Assembly: GCA_964016885.1 (NCBI GenBank)
Contig: OZ024744.1
Coordinates: forward strand, 128,712,001-128,776,000
Length of the DNA stretch: 64,000 nucleotides
Reading direction: 5' to 3'
Origin: Eledone cirrhosa
Lineage: Eukaryota
Position numbers and translations under genes: made by a program. Shown piece after piece: positions 1 through 11,100 of the stretch; the stretch's first letter is position 1; each line of letters begins with the position of its first letter. Below the pieces are notes generated by a model. It saw only the letters and a program-made list of their open reading frames with translations, ran no database searches and had not been told where the DNA came from.

Positions 1-2178
1 TATATAATCAATTTTTTTAGGTTTTTCGTAAAACCTTATATAATCAATTTTTTTAGGTTTTTCGAAAAACCTTATATAATCAATTTTTTTTAGGTTTTTC
101 GAAATACCTTATATAATTAATTTTTTTTAGGTTTTTCGAAAAATCTTATATAATTAATTTATATCTGATTTCAAATATTGATTTTTTTAGGTTTTTCGAA
201 AACCTTATATAATCAATTTTTTTTAGGTTTTTCGAAAAAGAATGAATTCATATTCGAAATATATACTTCTGCATTAATCTTTTTTGCATGTTTTGAAATT
301 TAAAAAAAACGTAAAAAATTAATGCTTTTACAAATATTTTGAAATATTTACTTTCTGGTTTCAAATTTTGCAAATTAAATTTTTTTCTAAAAAAATCAGT
401 TTTCGAAATCAGAAGTTAATATTTCGAAAAACGCAATTTAAAAAACTCATATTAATTTTTTTTCGAATGAAGTTTTTTTATGCTTTTAGAAATATTTATA
501 TCTGATTTAAAATATTGATTTTTTTAGGTTTACCTTATATAATCAAACAAATTTTTTTAGGTTTTTCGAAATATCTTATATAATCAATTTTTTTTAGGTT
601 TTTCGAAAAAGAATGAATTTGAGTTCATAGTCGAAATATATACTTCTGCATTAATCTTTGATTTTTTGCATGTTTTGAAATCTAAAAAAAACGTAAAAAA
701 TTAATGCTTTTACAAATATTTTGAAATATTTACTTTCTGGTTTCTAAGTTTGCAAATTAAATTTTTTTCGAAAAACCTAAAAAAAATCAGTTTTTGAAAT
801 CAGAAGTTAATATTTCGAAAAACGCAATTTGAAAAACTCATATTAATTTTTTTTCGAATGAAGTTTTTTATACTTTTAGAAATATTTATATCTGATTTCA
901 AATATTGATTTTTTTAGGTTTTTCGAAAAAGAATGAATTTGAGTTCATAGTCGAAATATATATTTCTGCATTAATCTTTTTACGTTTTTCTGATTTTTTG
1001 CATGTTTTGAAATTTAAAAAAAACGTAAAAAATCAATATTTCGAAAAACGCAATTTGAAAAACTCATATTCATTTTTTTTCGAATGAATTCTTTCATACT
1101 TTTAGAAATATTTATATCTGATTTTAAATATTGATTTTTTTAGGTTTACCTTATATAATCAAATTTTTTTAGGTTTTTCGAAAAAGAATGAATTTGAGTT
1201 CATAGTCGAAATATATACTTCTGCATTAATCTTTTTACGTTTTTCTGATTTTTTGCATGTTTTGAAATTTAAAAAAAAACGTAAAAAATTAATGGTTTTA
1301 CAAATATTTTGAAATATTTACTTTCTGGTTTCGAATTTTGCAAATTAAATTTTTTTCGAAAAAAACCTAAAAAAATCAGTTTTCGAAATCAGAAGTTAAT
1401 ATTTCGAAAAACGCAATTTGAAAAACTCATATTAATTTTTTTTCGAATGAAGTTTTTTTATGCTTTTAGAAATATTTATATCTGATTTCCAATATTGATT
1501 TTTTTTAGGTTTTTCGAAAAAGAATGAATTTGAGTTCATAGTCGAAATATATATTTCTGCATTGATCTTTGATTTTTTGCATGTTTTGAAATTTAAAAAA
1601 AAAGTAAAAAATTAATGATTTTACAAATATTTTGAAATATTTACTTTCTGGTTTCAAAGTTTGCAAATTAAATTTTTTTCGAAAAACCTAAAAAAAATCA
1701 GTTTTCGAAATCAGAAGTTAATATTTCGAAAAACGCAATTTAAAAAACTCATATTAATTTTTTTTCGAATGAATTCTTTTAGAAATATTTATATCTGATT
1801 TCAAATATTGATTTTTTTAGGTTTACCTTATATAATCAATTTTTTTTAGGTTTTTCAAAAACCTTATATAATCAATTTTTTTTAGGTTTTTCGAAAAACC
1901 TTACATAATCAATTTTTTTTAGGTTTTTTCGAAAAACCTTATATAATCAATTTTTTACGTTTTTAGAAAAACCTTATATAATCAATTTTTTTTATACTTT
2001 TAGAAATATTTATATCTTATTTCAAATATTGATTTTTTTTAGATTTTTCGAAATACCTTATATAATCAATTTTTTTTAGGTTTTTCGAAAGACCTTATAT
2101 AATCAATTTTTTTTAGGTTTTTCGAAAAACCTTATATAATCAATTTTTTTAGGTTTTTCGACAACCTTATATAATCAA
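1..2178. repeat. AT-rich composite island 1 (left end cut by window): 36-38 bp palindromic minisatellite at both ends, five ~255-370 bp units inside
   Basis: Tandem TTAGGTTTTTCGAAAAACCTTATATAATCAATTTTTT units at ~1-235 and ~1820-2178. The long-unit marker GAAAAAGAATGAATT has its GAATGAATT at 240, 611, 931, 1186 and 1522. Ends ...CGACAACCTTATATAATCAA|GTTGAGTTTAAG. Confidence 0.95.
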
Positions 2179-5100
2179 GTTGAGTTTAAGTTAAGTTGGG
2201 ATTAATTTAAGTTGGGGTTAAGTTAAGATGGGGTTAAGTTATGTTGAGGTTAAGTTAAGTTGGGGTTAAATTAAGTTGGGGTTAAGTTAAGTTGGGGTTA
2301 AGTTAAGTTGGGGTTAGGTTAAGTTGGGTTTAAGTTAAGTTGGGGATAAGTTAAGTTGGGGTTAAGTTAAGTTGGGTTTAAGTTAAGTTGGGGTTAAGTT
2401 AAGTTGGGGTTAAGTTAAGTTGGGGTTAAGTTAAGTTGGGGTTGAGTGAAGTTGGGGTTAAGTTAAGTTGGGGTTAAATTAAGTTGGGGTTAAGTTAAGT
2501 TGGGGTTGAGTGAAGTTGGGGTTAAGTTAAGTTGGGGTTAAATTAAGTTGGGGTTAAGTTTAGTTGGGGTTGAGTTAAGTTGGGGTTAATTTAAGTTGGG
2601 GCTAAGTTAATTTGTGGTTAAGTTAAGTTGGGGTTAAGTTAAGTTGGGGTTAAGTTAAGTTGGGGTTGAGTTAAGTTGGGGTTAAGTTAAGTTGGGTTTA
2701 AGTTAAGTTGGGGTTAAATTAAGTTGGGGTTAAATTAAGTTGGGGTTAAGTTAAGTTGGGGGTAAGTTAAGTTGGGGGCAAGTTAAGTTGGGGTTAAGTT
2801 AACTTGGGGTTAAGTTAAGTTGGGGTTAATTTAAGTTGGGGTTATGTTAAGTTGGGGTTAAGTTAAGTTGGGGTTAAGTTAAGTTGGGGCTAAGTTAAGT
2901 TGGAGCTAAGTTAAGTTGGGGCTAAGTTAAGTTGGGGTTAAGTTAAGTTGGGGTTAAGTTAAGGTGGGGTTAAGTTAAGTTGGGGTCAACTTAAGTTGGG
3001 GTTAAGTTAAGTTGGGGTTAACTTAAGTTGGGGTTAAGTTAAGTTGGGGTTAAGTTAAGTTGGAGTTAAGTTAAGTTGGGGTTACGTTAAGTTGGGGGTA
3101 AGTTAAGTTGGTGGTAAGTTAAGTTGGGGGTAAGTTAAGATGGGGTTAAGTTAGGGTTAAGTTAAGTTAGGGTTAAGTTAATTTGGGGTTGAGTTAAGTT
3201 GGGGTTAAGTTAAGTGGTGGTTATGTTAAGTTGGGGTTAAGTTAAGTTGGGGTTAATTTAAATTGGGGTTAATTTAAATTTGTTGTTAAGTTAAGTTGGG
3301 GTTAATTTAAGTTGGGGTTAAGTTAAGTTGGGGTTGAGTTAAGTTGGGGTTGAGTGAAGTTGGGGTTAAGTTAAGTTGGGGTTGAGTTAAGTTGGGGTTA
3401 ATTTAAGTTGGGGCTAAGTTCATTTGGGGTTCAGTTAAGTTGGGGTTAAATTAAGTTGGGGTTAAGTTAAGTTGGGGTTAAGTTAAGTTGGGGTTAAGTT
3501 AATTTGGGGTTAAGTGAAGTTAGGGTTAAGTTAAGTTGGGGTTGAGTTAAGTTGGGGGTAAGTTAAGTTGGGGTTATGTTAAGTTGGGGTTACGTTAAGT
3601 TGGGTTTAAGTTAAGTTGGGGTTAAGTTAAGTTGGGGTTAATTTAAGTTGGGGTTAAGTTAAGTTGGGATTAATTTAAGTTGGGGTTAAGTTAAGTTGGG
3701 GTTAAGTTAAGTTGGGGTTAAATTAAGTTGGGGTTAAGTTAAGTTGGGGTTAAGTTAAGTTGGGGTTAAGTTAATTTGGGGTTAAGTTAAGTTAGGGTAA
3801 AGTTAAGTTGGGGTTGAGTTAAGTTGGGGTAAGTTAAGTTGGGGTTAAGTTAAGTTGGGGTTAAGTTAAGTTGGGGTTAAGTTAAGTTAGGCTTAACTTA
3901 AGTTGGGGTTAAGTTAAGTTGGGGGTGAGTTAAGTTGGGGGTAAGTTAAGTTGGGGTTAAGTTGGGGTTAAGTTAAGTTAGGGTTAAGTTAATTTGGGGT
4001 TGAGTTAAGTTGGGGTTAAGTTAAGTGGTGGTTATGTTAAGTTGGGGTTAAGTTAAGTTGGGGTTAATTTAAATTGGGGTTAATTTAAATTTGTTGTTAA
4101 GTTAAGTTGGGGTTAATTTAAGTTGGGGTTAAGTTAAGTTGGGGTTGATTTAAGTTGTGGTTGAGTGAAGTTGGGGTTAAGTTAAGTTGGGGTTAAATTA
4201 AGTTGGGGTTAAGTTAAGTTGGGGTTGAGTTAAGTTGGGGTTAATTTAAGTTGGGGCTAAGTTAATTTGGGGTTAAGTTAAGTTGGGGTTAAATTAAGTT
4301 GGGGTTAAGTTAAGTTGGGGTTAAGTTAAGTTGGGGTTAAGTTAATTTGGGGTTAATTGAAGTTAGGGTTAAGTTAAGTTGGGGCTGAGTTAAATTGGGG
4401 GTAAGTTAAGTTGGGGTTATGTTAAGTTGGGGTTAAGTTAAGTTGGGGTTAAGTTAAGTTGGGGTTCAGTTAAGTTGCGGTTAAGTTAAGTTGGGGTTAA
4501 GTTAAGTTGGGGTTAAGTTAAGTTGGGGTTAATTTAAGTTGGGGTTAAGTTAAGTTGGGGTTAAGTTAAGTTGGGGTTAAATTCAGTCGGGGTTAAGTTA
4601 AGTCGGGGTTAAGTTACGTTGGGGTTAAGTTAAGTTGGGGTTAAGTTAAGTTGGGGTTGAGTTAAGTTGGGGTTAAGTTAAGTTGGGGTTAAGTTAAGTT
4701 GGGGTTAAGTTAAGTTGGGGTTAAGTTAAGTTGGGGTTAATTTAAGTTGGGGTTAAGTTAAGTTGGGGTTAAGTTAAGTTGGGGTAACGTTAAGTTGGGG
4801 GTAAGTTAAGTTGGGGTTAAGTTAAGTTGGGGTTAAGTTGGGGTTAAGTTAAGTTAGGGTTAACTTAAGTTGGGGTTGTGTTAAGTGGTGGTTATGTTAA
4901 GTGGTGGTTATGTTAAGTTGGGGTTAAGTTAAGTTGGGGTTAAGTTAAGTTGGGGTTAAGTTAATTAGGGTTAAGTTAAGTTGGGTTTAAGTTAAGTTGG
5001 GGTTAAGTTAATTTGTGGTTAAGTTAAGTTGGGGTTAAGTGAAGTTGGGGTTAAGTTAAGTTGGGGATAAGTTAAGTTGGGGATAAGTTAAGTTGGGGTT

Positions 5101-8100
5101 AATTAAGTTGGGTTTAAGTTAAGTTGGGATTAAGTTAAGTCGGGGTTAAGTTAAGTTGGGGTTAAGTTAAGTTGGTTAGTTAAGTTGAGTTTAAGTTAAG
5201 TTGGGGTTAATTTAAGTTGGGGTTAAGTTAAGTTGGGGTTAAGTTAAGTTGGGGTTAAGTTAAGTTGGGGTTCAGTTAAGTTGGGGTTAAGTTAAGTTGG
5301 GGTTAAGTTGGGGTAAAATTAAGTTGGGGTTAAGTTAAGTTGGGGTTAAGTTAAGTTGCGGTTAAGTTAAGTTGCCGTTAAGTTAAGTTGAGGTTAAGTT
5401 AAGTTGGGGTTAAGTTAAGTTGGGGTTAAGTTAAGTTGGGGCTAAGTTAAGTTGGGGCTAAGTTAAGTTGGGGTTAAGTTGGGGTTAAGTTAAGTTGCGG
5501 TTAAGTTAAGTTGATGTTAAGTTAAGTTGGGGTTAAGTTAAGTTGGGGTTAAGTTAAGTTGGGGCTAAGTTAAGTTGGAGCTGAGTTAAGTTGGGGCTAA
5601 GTTAAGTTGGGGTTAAGTTAAGTTGGGGTTAAGTTAAGGTGGGGTTAAGTTAAGTTGGGGTCAACTTAAGTTGGGGTTAAGTTAAGTTGGGGTTAACTTA
5701 AGTTGGGGTTAAGTTAAGTTGGGGTTAAGTTAAGTTGGGGTTAAGCTAAGTTGGGGTTACGTTAAGTTGGGGTTATGTTAAGTTGGGGTTACGTTAAGTT
5801 GGGTTTAAGTTAAGTTGGGGTTAAGTTAAGTTGGGGTTAAGTTAAGTTGGGGTTAATTTAAGTTGGGGTTAAGTTAAGTTGGGATTAATTTAAGTTGGGG
5901 TTAAGTTAAGTTGGGGTTAAGTTAAGTTGGGGTTAAATTAAGTTGGGGTTAAGTTAAGTTGGGGTTAAGTTAAGTTGGGGTTAAGTTAATTTGGGGTTAA
6001 GTTAAGTTAGGGTAAAGTTAAGTTGGGGTTGAGTTAAGTTGGGGTAAGTTAAGTTGGGGTTAAGTTAAGTTTGGGTTAAGTTAAGTTGGGGTTAAGTTAA
6101 GTTAGGCTTAACTTAAGTTGGGGTTAAGTTAAGTTGGGGGTGAGTTAAGTTGGGGGTAAGTTAAGTTGGGGTTAAGTTAAGTTGGGGTTAAGTTGGGGTT
6201 AAGTTAAGTTAGGGTTAAGTTAATTTGGGGTTGAGTTAAGTTGGGGTTAAGTTAAGTGGTGGTTATGTTAAGTTGGGGTTAAGTTAAGTTGGGGTTAATT
6301 TAAATTGGGGTTAATTTAAATTTGTTGTTAAGTTAAGTTGGGGTTAATTTAAGTTGGGGTTAAGTTAAGTTGGGGTTGAGTTAAGTTGTGGTTGAGTGAA
6401 GTTGGGGTTAAGTTAAGTTGGGGTTAAATTAAGTTGGGGTTAAGTTAAGTTGGGGTTGAGTTAAGTTGGGGTTAATTTAAGTTGGGGCTAAGTTAATTTG
6501 GGGTTAAGTTAAGTTGGGGTTAAATTAAGTTGGGGTTAAGTTAAGTTGGGGTTAAGTTAAGTTGGGGCTGAGTTAAGTTGGGGGTAAGTTAAGTTGGGGT
6601 TATGTTAAGTTGGGGTTAAGTTAAGTTGGGGTTAAGTTAAGTTGGGGTTCAGTTAAGTTGCGGTTAAGTTAAGTTGGGGTTAAGTTAAGTTGGGGTTAAG
6701 TTAAGTTGGGGTTAATTTAAGTTGGGGTTAAGTTAAGTTGGGGTTAAGTTAAGTTGGGGTTAAATTCAGTCGGGGTTAAGTTAAGTCGGGGTTAAGTTAC
6801 GTTGGGGTTAAGTTAAGTTGGGGTTAAGTTAAGTTGGGGTTGAGTTAAGTTGGGGTTAAGTTAAGTTGGTGTTAAGTTAAGTTGGGGTTAAGTTAAGTTG
6901 GGGTTAAGTTAAGTTGGGCTTAATTTAAGTTGGGGTTAATTTAAGTTGGGGTTAAGTTAAGTTGGGGTTAAGTTAAGTTGGGGTAACGTTAAGTTGGGGG
7001 TAAGTTAAGTTGGGGTTAAGTTAAGTTGGGGTTAAGTTGGGGTTAAGTTAAGTTAGGGTTAACTTAAGTTGGGGTTGTGTTAAGTGGTGGTTATGTTAAG
7101 TGGTGGTTATGTTAAGTTGGGGTTAAGTTAAGTTGGGGTTAAGTTAAGTTGGGGTTAAGTTAAGTTGGGGTTAAGTTAATTAGGGTTAAGTTAAGTTGGG
7201 TTTAATTTAAGTTGGGGTTAAGTTAATTTGTGGTTAAGTTAAGTTGGGGTTAAGTTAAGTTGGGGTTAAGTTAAGTTGGGGATAAGTTAAGTTGGGGATA
7301 AGTTAAGTTGGGGATAAGTTAAGTTGGGGTTAATTAAGTTGGCTTTAAGTTAAGTTGGGGTTAAGTTAAGTCGGGGTTAAGTTAAGTTGGGGTTAAGTTA
7401 AGTTGGTTAGTTAAGTTGAGTTTAAGTTAAGTTGGGGTTAATTTAAGTTGGGGTTAAGTTAAGTTGGGGTTAAGTTAAGTTGGGGTTAAGTTAAGTTGGG
7501 GTTCAGTTAAGTTGGGGTTAAGTTAAGTTGGGGTTAACTTGGGGTAAAATTAAGTTGGGGTTAAGTTAAGTTGGGGTTAAGTTAAGTTGCGGTTAAGTTA
7601 AGTTGCCGTTAAGTTAAGTTGAGGTTAAGTTAAGTTGGGGTTAAGTTAAGTTGGGGTTAAGTTAAGTTGGGGCTAAGTTAAGTTGGGGCTAAGTTAAGTT
7701 GGGGTTAAGTTAACTTTGGGTTAAGTTAAGTTGGGTTTGAGTTAAGTTGGGGTTAATTAAGTTGGGGTTAAGTTAAGTTGGGGTTAAGTTGGGGTTAAGT
7801 TAAGTTGCGGTTAAGTTAAGTTGATGTTAAGTTAAGTTGGGGTTAAGTTAAGTTGGGGTTAAGTTAAGTTGGGGCTAAGTTAAGTTGGAGCTGAGTTAAG
7901 TTGGATCTAAGTTAAGTTGGGGTTAAGTTAAGTTGGGGTTAAGTTAAGGTGGGGTTAAGTTAAGTTGGGGTCAACTTAAGTTGGGGTTAAGTTAAGTTGG
8001 GGTTAACTTAAGTTGGGGTTAAGTTAAGTTGGGGTTAAGTTAAGTTGGGGTTAAGTTAAGTTGGGGTTACGTTAAGTTGGGGGTAAGTCAAGTTGGTGTT

Positions 8101-11100
8101 AAGTTAAGTTGGCGGTAAGTTAAGATGGGGTTAAGTTAAGTTGGGGTTAATTTAATTTGGGGTTAAGTTAAGTTAGGGTTAAGTTAAGTTGGGGTTGAGT
8201 TAAGTTGGGGTTAAGTTAAGTTGGGGTTATGTTAAGTTGGGGTTAAGTTAAGTTGGGGTTAAGTTAAGTTGGGGTTCAATTAAGTTGCGGATAATTTAAG
8301 TTGGGGTTAAGTTAAGTTGGGGTTAAGTTAAGTTGGGGTTAAGTTAAGTTGGGGTTAAATTAAGTTGGGGTTAAATTAAGTTGGGGTTAAGTTAAGTTGG
8401 GGTTATGTTAAGTTGGTGTTAAGTTAAGTTGGGGTTAAGTTAAGTTGGGGTTAAGTTAGGTTGGTGTTAATTTAAGTTGGGGGTAAGTTAAGTTGGGGTA
8501 AGTTAAGTTGGTGTTAAGTTAAGTTGGGGTTAAGTTAAGTTGGGGTTAAATTAAGTTGGGGTTAAGTTAAGTTGGGGTTGAGTGAAGTTGGGGTTAAGTT
8601 AAGTTGGGGTTAAGTAAAGTTAGGGCTAAGTTAAGTTGGGGTTAAGTTAAGTTGGGGTTAATTTAAGTTGGGGTTACATTAAGTTGATGTTAAGTTAAGT
8701 TGGGGTTAAGTTAAGTTGGGGTTAAATTAAGTTGGGGTTAAATTAAGTTGGGGTTAAGTTAAGTTGGGGTTAAGTTAGGTTGGTGTTAAGTTAAGTTGGG
8801 GTTAAGTTAATTTGTGGTTAAGTTAAGTTGGGGTTAAGTTAAGTTGGGGTTAAGTTCAGTCGGGGTTAAGTTAAGTCGGGGTTAAGTTAAGTTGGGGTTA
8901 AGTTAAGTTGCGGTTAAGTTAAGTTGGGGTTAAGTTAAGTTGGGGTTAAGTTAATTAGGGTTAAGTTAAGTTGGGGTTAAGTTAAGTTGGGGTTAAGTTA
9001 AGTTGGGGTTAAGTTAAGTTGGGGTTAAGTTAAGTTGGGGTTAAGTTAAGTTGGGGTTAAGTTAATTTGGGGTTAAGTTAAGTTAGGGTAAAGTTAAGTT
9101 GGGGTTGAGTTAAGTTGGGGTAAGTTAAGTTGGGGTTAAGTTAAGTTTGGGTTAAGTTAAGTTGGGGTTAAGTTAAGTTAGGCTTAACTTAAGTTGGGGT
9201 TAAGTTAAGTTGGGGGTGAGTTAAGTTGGGGGTAAGTTAAGTTGGGGTTAAGTTAAGTTGGGGTTAAGTTGGGGTTAAGTTAAGTTAGGGTTAAGTTAAT
9301 TTGGGGTTGAGTTAAGTTGGGGTTAAGTTAAGTGGTGGTTATGTTAAGTTGGGGTTAAGTTAAGTTGGGGTTAATTTAAATTGGGGTTAATTTAAATTTG
9401 TTGTTAAGTTAAGTTGGGGTTAAGTTAAGTTGGGGTTGAGTTAAGTTGTGGTTGAGTGAAGTTGGGGTTAAGTTAAGTTGGGGTTAAATTAAGTTGGGGT
9501 TAAGTTAAGTTGGGGTTGAGTTAAGTTGGGGTTAATTTAAGTTGGGGCTAAGTTAATTTGGGGTTAAGTTAAGTTGGGGTTAAATTAAGTTGGGGTTAAG
9601 TTAAGTTGGGGTTAAGTTAAGTTGGGGTTAAGTTAATTTGGGGTTAAGTGAAGTTAGGGTTAAGTTAAGTTGGGGCTGAGTTAAGTTGGGGGTAAGTTAA
9701 GTTGGGGTTATGTTAAGTTGGGGTTAAGTTAAGTTGGGGTTAAGTTAAGTTGGGGTTCAGTTAAGTTGCGGTTAAGTTAAGTTGGGGTTAAGTTAAGTTG
9801 GGGTTAAGTTAAGTTGGGGTTAATTTAAGTTGGGGTTAAGTTAAGTTGGGGTTAAGTTAAGTTGGGGTTAAATTCAGTCGGGGTTAAGTTAAGTCGGGGT
9901 TAAGTTACGTTGGGGTTAAGTTAAGTTGGGGTTAAGTTAAGTTGGGGTTGAGTTAAGTTGGGGTTAAGTTAAGTTGGGGTTAAGTTAAGTTGGGGTTAAG
10001 TTAAGTTGGGGTTAATTTAAGTTGGGGTTAAGTTAAGTTGGGGTTAAGTTAAGTTGGGGTAACGTTAAGTTGGGGGTAAGTTAAGTTGGGGTTAAGTTAA
10101 GTTGGGGTTAAGTTGGGGTTAAGTTAAGTTAGGGTTAACTTAAGTTGGGGTTGTGTTAAGTGGTGGTTATGTTAAGTGGTGGTTATGTTAAGTTGGGGTT
10201 AAGTTAAGTTGGGGTTAAGTTAAGTTGGGGTTAAGTTAAGTTGGGGTTAAGTTAATTAGGGTTAAGTTAAGTTGGGTTTAAGTTAAGTTGGGGTTAAGTT
10301 AATTTGTGGTTAAGTTAAGTTGGGGTTAAGTTAAGTTGGGGTTAAGTTAAGTTGGGGATAAGTTAAGTTGGGGATAAGTTAAGTTGGGGTTAATTAAGTT
10401 GGGTTTAAGTTAAGTTGGGGTTAAGTTAAGTCGGGGTTAAGTTAAGTTGGGGTTAAGTTAAGTTGGTTAGTTAAGTTGAGTTTAAGTTAAGTTGGGGTTA
10501 ATTTAAGTTGGGGTTAAGTTAAGTTGGGGTTAAGTTAAGTTGGGGTTAAGTTAAGTTGGGGTTCAGTTAAGTTGGGGTTAAGTTAAGTTGGGGTTAACTT
10601 GGGGTAAAATTAAGTTGGGGTTAAGTTAAGTTGGGGTTAAGTTAAGTTGCGGTTAAGTTAAGTTGCCGTTAAGTTAAGTTGAGGTTAAGTTAAGTTGGGG
10701 TTAAGTTAAGTTGGGGTTAAGTTAAGTTGGGGCTAAGTTAAGTTGGGGCTAAGTTAAGTTGGGGTTAAGTTAACTTTGGGTTAAGTTAAGTTGGGTTTGA
10801 GTTAAGTTTGGGTTAATTAAGTTGGGGTTAAGTTAAGTTGGGGTTAAGTTGGGGTTAAGTTAAGTTGCGGTTAAGTTAAGTTGATGTTAAGTTAAGTTGG
10901 GGTTAAGTTAAGTTGGGGTTAAGTTAAGTTGGGGCTAAGTTAAGTTGGAGCTGAGTTAAGTTGGATCTAAGTTAAGTTGGGGTTAAGTTAAGTTGGGGTT
11001 AAGTTAAGGTGGGGTTAAGTTAAGTTGGGGTCAACTTAAGTTGGGGTTAAGTTAAGTTGGGGTTAACTTAAGTTGGGGTTAAGTTAAGTTGGGGTTAAGT

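Noticed and set aside
905-1087. 60-aa ORF (also at 19471, 37424, 44834, 61019)
   Set aside because: TTG start and F/K/N/I-rich composition dictated by A/T runs. It lies inside one repeat unit and is open only because that unit has an internal deletion. Identity among copies reflects DNA duplication. No recognisable domain.
1-2178. Promoter elements (TATATAA boxes, heat-shock-like TTCGAA) or intrinsic terminators
   Set aside because: These are expected in very AT-rich repeats and there is no gene to regulate. TTCGAA lacks the nTTCnnGAAn spacing of a heat-shock element.
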